A DNA stretch of 64,000 nt from Amoebidium appalachense (GCA_963693365.1 CAVNZM010000010.1:7131794-7195793), one strand, 5' to 3'; positions 1 to 12,219 are shown, counted from the first letter of the stretch. Program-made: numbers and translations. Notes: a model not told the origin generated them from the letters alone.

Positions 1-85
1 TTGTATAAGAAGTTCGTGGGGGTAAGAGTCTATATATATAGGCATTGCTGAGATATGCATCCATCTGATTTGCGGATTCATGCAG

Positions 86-887
86 AGCAATGTGGTGGTG
101 ATCTATTCGCTGGACCCTGAGGACTGTTTGCAGCAACTGGCTATTCAGGCCGTACCTTTTGAGGTGACCCCCCCCCCCCCCCCCCGATCAAGACGGGTTG
201 ACCCGCCCAAGCTCAGTTGATGCTGCTGTCTGAGTTGGAGTGTCGTATATACGCGGGCTAAGGGGTCGAAACTCAGACGCAATTGATGACTTGGGTCCTC
301 CCTGAGGATGGGCTCTGCTTATGACGCATACTGTGCACATGGCTGATGTTGCATACTTGAATGTTTGCCTTTGCATGTGTCCTGCACCATGCTTCTCGTC
401 GTGTATGCGTACTTTGTACCGTGTTCCGCATTCAAAACCCCCCCAGTCTTCTTTCAGAGGTGTCCTTTCAGGACAGACCACTGTGTGGAGACCGCTTTAC
501 TTCCATGCAACCGGGCATGGTTGCTCTGTGTCGTGCATCTGTAAGCACATACACATTTTTCGCTGCACTGCATTAGTTTGCACACACATCTTCACCGTTT
601 TGCTCACCTTGCTTGCATAAGCAACCCTGCTCGTCTTTGATCAAGACGGGTTGACCCGCCCAAGCTCAGTTGATGCTGCTGTCTGAGTTGGAGTGTCGTA
701 TATACGCGGGCTAAGGGGTCGAAACTCAGACGCAATTGATGACTTGGGTCCTCCCTGAGGATGGGCTCTGCTTATGACGCATACTGTGCACATGGCTGAT
801 GTTGCATACTTGAATGTTTGCCTTTGCATGTGTCCTGCACCATGCTTCTCGTCGTGTATGCGTACTTTGTACCGTGTTCCGCATTCA

Positions 888-928
<41 letters not shown>

Positions 929-2887
929 TCCTTCTCCACCTTGCTCGCTCTCTCCCCCTCCCACGCACGCGCACACACACACACGCGCGCGCCTTTCTTT
1001 CCAACGTCCCTGCTGCTCTTTTGGTGCAGCAGATGGGTTTCCTGTGTCTGGACTCGTAACATAGACGTTTTTGGTTTTCTGCTGTGGTGAGGATGTGCAA
1101 GCTGTCACAGTTGTGCAATGCACGTGAAAGAGGGGTGGGCAGGAAGAGCCGAGCCTGCATGTGTGCCCGTAATTCCTTTCTTTCCTTCTTTCTTGTTTGG
1201 GCCGGGGGGAGGGGGGGGGGGGGGGGATATCCATTTGTTTGCATGTGTTCATGTTTCGTTGACTAGAATAGGTTGCTGTAGAAATGCCAGTGTGTCGTGC
1301 TCTCAAGGCAGAAACACCTTTTCTAGTTTTTTTATTTTGCATCTAACCCTCTGTGTGTGTGCAGCCATCGTCCCTGTGCCTAGCCGACATGGATGAGGGG
1401 TCAGAGGGCGGTGAGCAGACCACACAGTTCCTGACCATCGGATTGGCAAACGGTGTCATGTTGCGCACAGTAGTGGACCCTGTGTCGGGTAACCTCTCAG
1501 ACACACGAACAAGGTGTGTGTGGGTGTGGGTGTGTGGGTGCATGCATGTGTGTGTGTCTGTGTCGAAGTGTGTATACACTCATAAGAGCGCACACGTGCA
1601 TGTGTACGATGTGTGGATCACAAACACGAGCACGGCGCATGTGTATCGCGTGTGAAAAGACATACACGTGCACACGTTCACGTGTTTGGTGTTGGTGTTT
1701 GGAGAGATGCGGTGCCGTGTTTACGTGGAGGTGTATGGTCTGTAAAGAGATATAATTGCGCACATGTATGTGCATGGTGTGAGGAGACACACGGGCACAC
1801 GTGCGTGTGTGTGATGGTGGAGACCCAAATACGTGTGCACTACTTTCACGTGTACGGCATGTGGAGAGAAACACACATATACACTCCATTTAGAGACGGA
1901 CAGGTTTAGACCTGCAAGATGGGCATTGGATGACCTGTACACTGTATACCAGTTTCACCTGGGTTGTGCCATGAAAACGACATGCCTGTTTTTTTTTGTT
2001 TTTTTTTTTGTTTTTTTTTTCCTTGTCCCACAAGCAAGTGCTCATTATAGTGTGGGCAGGTATCTCGGGTCACGGCCAGTCAAGATGCACCGCATTAAGG
2101 TGCAGCACAAAGATGCTGTGATGGCTCTCAGCAGTCGCTCATGGTATGTGAGGAACAACTCCCAACACACACACACACACACTACACACCACACATCACA
2201 CATCTTTTCGGTATGATCATTGTGCACCTTTTCAATGCAGAGTAACCATATCATCTTGAAAAATTAGAGGGAAGAACAGTCACGGCTATTTCCCATAGAC
2301 AGGGGGAGGGCTACAATCAAAGGAATCTGGGGAGGGTAGTGTTTGATTGTAGGGGGCGCACGGTTAGTATTGGTGGGTGGATGTGCTGAGACATGGGGGG
2401 GGGAGGTTAGTGTTTGATTGTAGGGGGTGCACGGTTAGTATTGGTGGGTGGATGTGCTGAGACAGGGGGGGGGAGGGGGGAGGGTAGTGTTTGATTGTAG
2501 GGGACGCATGGTGAGTGTTGGTGGGTGGATGTACTGATGTTGTGGTACAGGCTGCAGTACCCATACCAGGGCCGGCTGCTGCTGACCCCCCTGTCGTACG
2601 AACCACTCGATGTGGCCTCGAGCTTTGCTTCGGCACAATGTCCAGAAGGTACGGGCGGACGGGTGGGTGGGTGTATACGTGTGGGTGTAGCTGTAGTGTA
2701 CGTGCATGTGTAGGTTTACGTGTACGTGTGTGGGCTGTGTTCGTGGACACATGGTGGATGCAGGCCTTATCCACATCAAGAGTCAGTGGAGACGGATAAA
2801 TTGGAGCTGCTGGGGATTTGGAGTGAATAGGAGATTGCATATACATTATCTGTTTGGGCAGTGTACGTGGTGTCGTTCCACTTGCAC

Positions 2888-2968
<81 letters not shown>

Positions 2969-3558
2969 TGCATTGTTTTTGGTGTGGTTCTACACAAAAA
3001 GGTAACCAACGTTGACCATGTTTCTGTGTGCAGGTGTTGTGGCCATTGCAGGCAACACACTGCGGATTATCTCCACGGAGAAACTGGGTGTGTCGTTCAA
3101 CCAATCATCGTCACGGCTGGGCTTCACCCCCAGGCGGCTGGCCATCCACCCCGATAGCAACATGATGGTGGTCATTGAGACAGACCATGCCGTGCAGCCG
3201 GCAAAGGAAAAGGTACACATCTACACTGCTAGTATTTTTTATATGTTTAAGTACATCTATGAAGATGTGTAAATACTGTGGAGTACTAACAGCTGTGTTA
3301 GTGATGAGCTATACAGTAGATATGGAGTAGGGGCAGTAACATTATAGGTGTTATCCTAAGATATTATAGTCGATCAAGCTCACGATCTCACTGTATGGTG
3401 CAGTCATGCTTCTTAGAGATCATAATCACGTGTTTTTTTTATCGGACTGCGGTGTCTAGCAACACCAGTATTTTCTTTCTGTGTGATGGTGGAGGGCATG
3501 TGTCATGGTGCATGTGCTAGTGGTCATGAGCATTGTACGTGCAGCCTGTGTTCTCATA

Positions 3559-3599
<41 letters not shown>

Positions 3600-5364
3600 A
3601 CAAAGGCCCCCCTCTCAAACACACACATCCGCACGCGCCTTCCCTCTGATTGGGCTCCGCACATGGTACACTTCTTGCTGTGCATATTGAGATGGTGCAG
3701 CATGCGCCCACATTACCTTTTTAAGGTTCTGGTATTTTTTGTTATTTTCTGATACCTACCTACCCCCCCCCCCCCCCTCCCCTCCCCTCCCCTCTTCCCT
3801 CTCCCCTCTCCCCTCTCCCCTCCCCCTCCTTCTTCACAGCAGGTGAACGGGGACAGCATGGAAGAGGACGATGGTCTGCCCGAGCACGTCTTTGGGCCAA
3901 GAAGGGCTGAGGCCGGCACATGGGGCTCACAGGTCCGCCTGATCGATCCATCAACGGTATGTTCCTCCCCCGGGCTCTGCTTATTGTGCATACTCTTCAT
4001 GTATGGTTTGCATTCTGCATCGTGTTATCCGTTGTTCTTGTGTACTTCGTACTTTATGACGCATTCAAACCCCCATCGAAGACAACGCATACGGCATTTA
4101 TCCTAAAAACATATTGCAAGTCAATCTCGTCGACGAAGGCAGCGCTGTTAACTATCTAGATCTCCATATCCGAGCAACCAATCACGGCATCCACACAAGC
4201 ATATACAATAAACTCGATACCAGCACATTTTCTAAACTCGCCATCGTTCGCTATCCCCGTATCGATTCATTCATTTCAAACACCGCTAAATACGGTATCA
4301 TAATTCGTCAACTATGTAGCTATCACCGTAGGTGCTCCTCATTGCAGGCTTTCTCCATTCACGCAGCTACCCTAATATCTAGACTACTAGCTAAGGGATA
4401 TATCTACAATAAACTCATTCATAAAACCATATCATACATTAGAAACAATCCATCGATGTATCGCGGCACACATTATTCATTTATTTATTCTCAAATCCGT
4501 CATTCGAAGAAGTCGCACACCAATATAATCTTACTCACACACACGATGTCAATATCATATACACACACACATAGATATAGACTACACTACGTGCATAATG
4601 GGTCTCGACATATGGCATGTCACATGTGGTGATACAACTTGGCTACTGTTTTGGCTTCCTAAAGCCCATGGGCACGAGGTGAATGCTGGCTGGCCGCCAG
4701 GGGCTTACCCACCCGTTCGAACACATTAAAGTTCCACCCGGTCAGGTGCACTGCCCCCCAGTGGCATGGGTCAAACCTACTGGTTTATTACGTGGGGTAA
4801 CCCTCTAATAAAGCAACAGTTGCCAGGTTAGGTTTCCTCCCCTGTTTTCTCTGTCTCCATGTCCCCCCCCCCTCTTCCCCCTCCCCCCCCCCGCCCCCTT
4901 CCCCCTCTCTCTCCCCCTCCCCTCCCCTCTCTCCCCCTCCCCTCCCTCCCCTTCTCTATAGGTTAGGGAGTCGGGGAGCTTTGTAGAAGCCCGGCTTATG
5001 CTCTATCTCTCTGCTTGCTTTCTTTGTTTTTTTGTCTGCTTGCAGATTTTGTAGACTATGCGTTCTTAGATTGCTGCTCCTTGAACAACCCTGCTCGTCT
5101 TTGGCCAAGACGGGTGGACTCGTCTATTGCTGTTGAAACAAAGTATGGGTGGGGAACCACGCGCGAGAGGTTTAAGAGTCGAAACCCGTGCTTTTGTGGA
5201 GGCATAGGAACCCCCCTGATCATGGGCTCTGTTCAAGTGTCTTCTGCCTGCACGCTTAAATTGTTTGATTTTGGATTTCCCACCTTTGTGACGCTTTGTT
5301 GTTGCTCTTTGTTGTCTCCTCCATATTTCCAACCCTCTAACGCATACATCCCCCCCCCCCCCCC

Positions 5365-5395
<31 letters not shown>

Positions 5396-5469
5396 AAGAA
5401 AGAAAGAAAGAAAGAAAACAGAAGAAGAAAAGAGAAGAAGAAGAAAAAGGGAGGGTGTTGAGAGACGTT

Positions 5470-5500
<31 letters not shown>

Positions 5501-6876
5501 GATATGGAGACCACACATGCCGCAACATCACTCATGAAAACACGCCTGCATGTACTGCCCGATTGAGCTGAAGATGGGTGTTTTTCTGTGGTGGTATCTT
5601 ATTGGCTTGTTTCCAAATCTATATTAGTATATCCTTTGTTTGGGGGGGGGGGGGGGGGTTTGAGCTCTGCTCTATCTGAAACACGCCACACACGCTTGAA
5701 ATGTCATCCACGAACACCTACATGTTTGAGAAGCTTTTCAAATGCAGGCCACGGGGAGCATGGGGCCATATTGATACTGTTGTGCTAACGTCAAATCGTT
5801 GCAGAATGAAACAACCCACGTATATCCTTTGACAAACAACGAATGTGCTGTAAGGTGTGTGTAGTCCCCCCCTCCCCAACCCGCCTCCCCCCCTTTCCTC
5901 TCTTTCTGTCTCCGAAACTAATGAGCAAACGACGTTACAACTCCATTCTGCCATTATTTCTTCGGTCTGCTTGGTAGGTGCTTGTAAATTCTTGCTGATG
6001 TTGTATGTGCCCTTGTCCCTCGTTACCAGCCGGCTAAACATACAGATAGAATTTTACTACAGACCGATGTGTAGACCATCTTTGGTTTAGAGGAATAACG
6101 TTCAAGCAGGATGTGCCTGCTTGGGTAATGGGAATGGGCAAATGGGAAAGGGTGTATGTGTTGGTGCGGTGGGGTGTTTTTGTGTGCATGTGCATGTGTG
6201 CGTGAATGTGTATGTTTTGTTTTTTGTTGTCATTTTTGTTTTGTTTTTTTAAGCAGGAGGGGGGGGGGGGGGGGGGGGGAGGGTTGTATTGCTTCAACTA
6301 GTATGACTGACTGTGGTTTTGGGGGGCAGTCTTGCCACGGTGCAGTTCCACACCAGCGGACACAACTACATATTGGTAGGCACGGCAAAGGACCTGGAGC
6401 TGAGGTGAGTCCTCGTACTGGTACACACGTACATACATGCACATATGCTCATGCACGCACGTGTGCAAACACATGTTTGCGCACAATGCTCACAAGCACA
6501 TATGCATAATGGAGCAACGGCTGAAAGTTCCGTTTATGTACATATGCATTTAAGAACCGTGCTGTACAGTGAGAGAGGAGGGGATGGTGGGGTGAGGGAG
6601 TGGGTGGAGGAGTGTATCTCTCTCCCTGTGTGTGTGTGGGTGGGGGGAGGGGGGGGGAATGCCGGGGGGGGGGGGGGGGGGGGTTAGGAGGGAAGAGAAT
6701 GATGGGTGCAAAAAATAACGGAGTTAAGATAATAAAGTTGGGGTCTTAGAGTGCCTGTCTACATAGGCGTTTCACTTCACGGCAAGTCTGGGTATACCGG
6801 GTGTGGTAAGAGTTGAATTTACCCTTGTGTTGCATTGCCCTGCCTTTTTTTGTGTGCGCTTTTGCTAACTTTATGT

Positions 6877-6943
<67 letters not shown>

Positions 6944-8912
6944 ACCGCGCAAATGTGACGGGGGCTTCATCTACACCTTCAAGTTGGTCGATAATGCACA
7001 GCGATTGGAGCTTGTACACAAGGTAACAACCCTCCCCCTTTATCCTCCCTCTCCCGTTCTCGGGTTTCCGCTCTCACCTCTCTTCCCTCTCCGGTCTGGT
7101 TGTTGTATGTGTGGGGTCATATGAGTGGTCGAATATTTGCTGGTGTGTCTTTAAAGGTTGTGGATTGTTGAGTCTACAGAATCTTTCTCTCTTTCACCCT
7201 ATTTTGCTCTCCCACAACCATCAACGTGTCGCTCATTTATAGGGTTTCAAGATGTGTCTTTTTGGGCCACGTGTCTGCAAACCCATGGTTTGATCTAAAT
7301 AAACCCCGGTCCTCTCTAGGTCTATCATTTACGAACTGAGCTGTTCGCATTAGACACATGTGTTTCACGTGAGCACACACTAACTGGGTGTACACAGACA
7401 CCCGTTACGGATGTGCCCGGTGCCATGTGTGCGTTCCAGGGCCGTGTGCTTGTGTCTGTGGGCCGTCTGCTACGCATCTACGACATGGGCAAGAAGAAGC
7501 TACTTCTTAAGTGTGAGAACAAGGTGTGTGTGGAAATCAACACCCGAAACACACACACACACACACACAGACACTCACACACAGACACTCACACTCACAC
7601 TCACACTCACACTCACACTCACACTCACACTCACACTCACACTCACACTCACACTCGCACTCGCACTCGCACTCGCACTCGCACCCTCTCCCTCCTCCTC
7701 ACCTTTCCTCTAGCATGCCATGTAATTCCCTTCACGTTTTTCATGGTTCGTGGTCATTTTGTTTCCTCCCCAAAATGCATCTAGTGTTCGCGATTTCCCC
7801 ACATTCCAGCAACGAAAGCCCAACCTCCTTTGCGTCATTTTGCCTTCCGCAGGCGCTCCACCAAGTGAAATTCCACTCACACTCGGAGCAAATTTTCTAA
7901 TTCTCTTTTCAGTCTCAGTGACACAACCCCAACCTCATTTACCTCATGATGCCCATATTTCATTTTCCCCGTGATGTGAAGCCCCCCTCACACTTACACA
8001 AACATTTCCCTTTTCAGTCCCTTTCTTGAGCACATCATTTCCTTTTCCGCATATATACATTTTTTCACACTTTTTCTTGACCCCCTTTGCAGTCCCCATC
8101 AGGCCTATCATTTTCTTCTTCCGTAATAGATTTCCATGCACACTTTGCTTAATCCCCTTTGCCCTTCCACCCACACAACCGCGCTCCCATCTGACTCATA
8201 ATTCCCTTCGTTCCACTTTCTCCACATATAAATCCCCATACACACTTACACCCACTTCCCTCCACAGTCCCTACCGCAGCACATCGTGTCGATCCTGTCC
8301 ATGGGTGTGCGTGTGTATGTAGGAGATATCCAGGAGTCATGGCACTTCCTCAAGTACAAGGCAGACAGGAACCAGCTGGTCATCTTTGCTGATGACGTCA
8401 GCCCTAGGTGGACCACCACGGGGTGCATGCTGGACTATGGTACAATTGCTGGGTAAGACCCCCCCCCCCCCCCCCCCCCCCCCGGGAGGAAATGTGTAAT
8501 GTGTAGCATAGTTTTCAGTGTTTTGGGTTTTAGGGTATCCGTGTGGTTGCTTGTGCTGAAAGTTGAAAGAGTGGTGTGTGTGTGTGGTGGTGGTAGTGGG
8601 GGGGGGGGGGGGGGGGGGGGGGGGGGATATGTGTGTTTGCATGTGGTAAAGGTTCTCTCTGTGGTGTGCAGTGGACGCTTGCTGCTTTTGTGTGTTTGGG
8701 TTGGACCGTCTTCGACGTTCGTGTGTACACGCGAACATGCACACACACACACTGACACGTACGTGTGCAGGGCCGACAAGTTCGGCAATGTGCACGTGCT
8801 GCGTCTGCCGGACACTGCAACTGATGACGTAGATGAGGACCCCTCCGGTGCACGGGTGACGTCATCACGGGGCTACTTGGGTGGCGCATCACAAAAGGTG
8901 GGTTTGCCCCCT

Positions 8913-8943
<31 letters not shown>

Positions 8944-9936
8944 CCGGGCATGGTTGCTCTGTGTCGTGCATTTGTAAGCACATACGCATTTTTCGTTGCA
9001 CTGCATTAGTTTGCACACACATCTTCGCCGTTTTGCTCACCTTGCTTGCATAAGCAACCCTGCTCGTCTTTGATCAAGACGGGTTGACCCACCCAAGTTC
9101 AGTTGATGCTGCTGTCTGAGTTAGAGCGTCGTATATACGCGGGCTAAGGGGTCGAAACTCAGACGCAATTGATGACTTGGGCCCTCCCTGAGGATGGGCT
9201 CTGCTTATGACGCATACTGTGCGCATGGCTGATGTTGCCTACTTGAATGTTTGCCTTTGCATGTGTCCTGCACCATGCTTCTCATCGTGTATGCGTACTT
9301 CGTACCGTGTTCCGCATTCAACCCCCTCCCCCCCCCCCCCCCCCCCTTTTTTTTATCCGAATTAAAGAAGAATGAGCAGTTCACGTACGGGTACATTAGA
9401 GATAGAGAGGTCTATATGCATTTGTGATATACTCCCACACGATTTTATGGCCACTCAGAAGCTATATGTGTTCTTGGGGCAACTGAAGCCATGAATCTAT
9501 TCCACTGCCATCCCAAACTGACAACACATAACTGTCCACCCGTCAACAATCTCTTTCACAAATGCATACACATTCACGCACTATCCCTCCACCTTTGTGT
9601 TTGTCAGATGACTCGCACTGACCGTGTATGTTTTGTATATTTGCAGCTGGATTATCTGAATGAGTTCCACGTAGGGGAGACCATCATGTCCATGCAGAGG
9701 GTCACCCTTGTGCCCGGTGGCAGCGAGGGGATAGTCTACACGACAATAAACGGATCAATCGGTGAGTGGCTGTGTGTGGTGTTGGTGTTGGCTATAGGCG
9801 GATGTATGCTAGTGTGTGCGTGTTTTGTTTTGTTTTGTTTTTTTTGTGGGGGGGGGGGGGGGGGGGGGGGAGGGGGAGGAGGGGGGTCTGTGGGTGGGTG
9901 GCTTGAGGTGGGTGGGTGGGTAGGTTGTGTAAGTGG

Positions 9937-9968
<32 letters not shown>

Positions 9969-10769
9969 ATGGGAGGGTGTGCAAATGGCCCCTCTTGCTT
10001 GTATTATCTGTGGGCCAGTATAGATGCTGGTTGGCTGTGTGTGCACATGCACGCTAGTTGGGCCTGCATGTGGGCGTCTCTGTGTCCTTCTGCCTGTTTT
10101 ACGTCAAGTGTCCTTGCTGCTTCCAGCCCCAAGCCTTCTCTGTAGCGTGTACATACGCATGTCCGTCACTCTGTGTTTTTCCTCCATGGGTGTTTGAGTG
10201 TACGTGTGTGTGTGCGTGTGTGTGTGTGTGCGTGTGTGTCTGCACGTGTGCCGTGTTTTGGCTTTATCTGACTGGTGTGTGCAGGGATGCTGTGCCCGTT
10301 CAGCAGCAAGGAGGACGTGACGTTCTTCCAGACACTGGAGATGCACATGCAGCAGCACGCACCCCCCCTGTGTGGCCGTGACCACCTGCAGTACCGCTCA
10401 TACTACTTCCCCAGGAAGGTAGGTTTTTTTTTTGTTTGTTTTTTTTTTTTTTTTGTTTTTTTTTTGTTTTTTTTTTTGTTTTTGGGGGGGGGGGGGGGGG
10501 GGGGGTTGTGTTGTTTTGGGGGGGAATGGGAAGGGGAGGGAGGGGGGTCTGCGAATAGGTCTGGTTGTGGTTAGTGTGTTACGTTCGTTGACAGCAACGT
10601 GCTCCCAGTTGAAGATCGTAAACAACCAATGTCTGTTTATAAAGACGGTCAGACACTTTCTTCATGTCTCACAGATTCTGTTTCTAATTGAGTTTGTGAA
10701 TTTTTTTGATTGATCATTGTGGATCGTCACTTTGGCTGGAGATCGGTCTCAGAGTACCTTCCAAGTCCT

Positions 10770-10834
<65 letters not shown>

Positions 10835-10855
10835 GATTGAGGAGGAGGAGGAGGA

Positions 10856-10899
<44 letters not shown>

Positions 10900-11067
10900 C
10901 TCATGTTCTGACGATGAGTGTTACAGAATGTTGTGGACGGGGACCTGATAGAGCAGTACAACATCCTCCCAATGAGCAAGAAGAGGGAAATTGCTGCTGA
11001 CCTGGACCGCACACCGGCAGAGGTGGCTAAGAAATTGGAGGATATGCGCTCACGATATGCATTCTAG
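86..11067 (+). CDS. SF3B3: Splicing factor 3B subunit 3 (SAP130/Rse1), 3' part; 5' exons lie upstream of the window
   Basis: GT-AG exons at approx. 86-163, 1365-1513, 2060-2143, 2551-2648, 3034-3212, 3843-3956, 5805-5854, 6330-6404, 6944-7022, 7398-7523, 8268-8452, 8771-8897, 9647-9761, 10285-10418, 10927-11067. They encode [120 protein letters not shown] and the C-terminus [12 protein letters not shown], all hallmark SF3B3 sequence. A small exon between 3212 and 3843 may have been missed. Confidence 0.96.
186..889 (+). mobile_element. Family A non-autonomous retroelement, 1.5 tandem units (5'-truncated unit + C7 + full unit), in an SF3B3 intron
   Basis: 186-437 is repeated at 639-889 (period 453). 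Internal junction is ttcaaaa-C7-agtcttc at 431-451. Flanked by poly(C) at 168-185 and 890-925. Near-identical copies at 8942, 11777 and 21684. Confidence 0.92.
616..776 (+). ncRNA. Putative non-circularly permuted hammerhead ribozyme within the family A element
   Basis: Stem III gtctgagt(681-688)/actcagac(724-731); GUU triplet 687-689; stem I ggag(690-693)/ctcc(751-754); GAAA 721-724; CUGAGGA 755-761; enclosing stem cataagca(616-623)/tgcttatg(769-776). Pairings covary with family B. Catalytic activity is untested. Confidence 0.7.
2330..2530. repeat. Intronic minisatellite, ~3 copies of a ~70-bp unit
   Basis: gggagggtagtgtttgattgtagggg..gcacggttagtattggtgggtggatgtgctgagaca recurs three times, separated by G-runs of variable length. 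Confidence 0.85.
3972..4069 (+). mobile_element. Family A' (diverged subfamily) 3' fragment
   Basis: gggctctgcttatt...gtacttcgtactttatgacgcattcaaa followed by C5. Same 3' terminus as family A and closely similar to 37469-37574. Confidence 0.85.
4075..4862 (+). mobile_element. 5'-truncated Penelope-like element (Naiad/Chlamys type): RT C-terminal/thumb region plus 3' non-coding region
   Basis: Open frame 4075-4632 reads [66 protein letters not shown]. This matches the PLE RT pattern IYP-xLxL...FLDL...YDK...IVxFP...YGxxxSQLxRYxRxCS...GY. No GIY-YIG domain follows. The element ends in a C-rich tail from 4863. Confidence 0.85.
5000..5350 (+). mobile_element. Family B non-autonomous retroelement with a degenerate permuted hammerhead
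   Basis: Shares caaccctgctcgtcttt..aagacggg, gtcgaaac and ctgannatgggctctg with family A. Ends aaccctctaacgcatacat + poly(C). Second copy is inverted at 46621-46807. The 5' boundary is approximate. Confidence 0.82.
7560..7685. repeat. Hexamer microsatellite (CACACT)n grading into (CGCACT)n
   Basis: Directly visible tandem hexamers following a (CA)n tract. Confidence 0.9.
8942..9321 (+). mobile_element. Family A element, 5'-truncated single unit
   Basis: Near-identical to 509-889; poly(C) on both sides; starts ~45 nt after an SF3B3 splice donor. Confidence 0.92.
10769..10899. repeat. Compound microsatellite (TTG)n-(GAG)n-poly(G) in the last SF3B3 intron
   Basis: Directly visible. Confidence 0.9.
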
Positions 11068-11776
11068 TAGTACGTGGTGGTGGGTGGTATTGGATATGAC
11101 AGTGTGGGTATGTTGTGGGTGTGTTCGGGGGTATGGCGTACATGTGGAAAGGCAGAGAAGGGAGGTGGGTTGGTGGGTGTAAGAGATGTAGCAAGTGTGT
11201 CGGTGTGTGCATGTAAATGTGTAGAATGGGCACATGGCATTCTCTTTCTCCTCTTTTTTTTTCCTTTTTTTTTTTTTTTCGTTTATTTTCTTTTTTTAAG
11301 AAATATGTGGTGGCATCCTCAAAGCTTTGTATATCGATGTTGATGTGATTCGGTCAACAACTTCAAAGAATGTGTTTATATTATGAGCCGACAGAATATA
11401 GATTATCTGGTTGGTGCATAGGCCCCGGAATTTGCTCTTGAAGGTTTTCATGGTGTTTATTTCTGGCGCAACACACCGGGACATAATTAAATCGTGCTAG
11501 CTCGGCTGTGATACCCCCATGTACGATTTTCGCACGGGGCACTAAGGGTTATGTGATCCTTGTGTAGTTGGGGTCTCTTTTGCTGTCTGTAATGTGCGAA
11601 AGTTACATGCATTTCACTCCCCATGAAAGTTAGATATGCCGCAAATTTGCACGAAAATGCAAGCCGAGATATGATCTCAATAAAAAAGAACAGATTACAT
11701 GACCAACTCTCTGGCACCAGTTTGTGAAAGAGAACTGCCGTTGTGCTGATTACAACCAGCCCCCCCCCCCCCCCCC

Positions 11777-12219
11777 TGTCTTCTTTCAGAGGTGTCCTTT
11801 CAGGACAGACCACTGTGTGGAGACATCTTTACTTCCATGCAACCGGGCATGGTTGCTCTGTGTCGTGCATCTGTAAGCACATACGCGTTTGTCGCTGCAC
11901 TGCATTAGTTTGCACATACATCTTCACCGTTTTGCTCACCTTGCTTGCATAAGCAACCCTGCTCGTCTTTGATCAAGACGGGTTGACCCACCCAAGTTCA
12001 GTTGATGCTGCTGTCTGAGTTGGAGCGTCGTATATACGCGGGCTAAGGGGTCGAAACTCAGACGCAATTGATGACTTGGGCCCTCCCTGAGGATGGGCTC
12101 TGCTTATGACGCATACTGTGCGCATGGCTGATGCTGCATACTTGAATGTTTGCCTTTGCATGTGTCCTGCACCATGCTTCTCATCGTGTATGCGTACTTC
12201 GTACTGTGTTCCGCATTCA

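Noticed and set aside
188-481. Recurrent minus-strand ORF ([15 protein letters not shown]...ELGRVNPS) in family A copies
   Set aside because: Its frame depends on the variable A/C-run at the unit junction and differs between copies; it resembles no protein I recognise. Conservation is better explained by recent copying and RNA structure.
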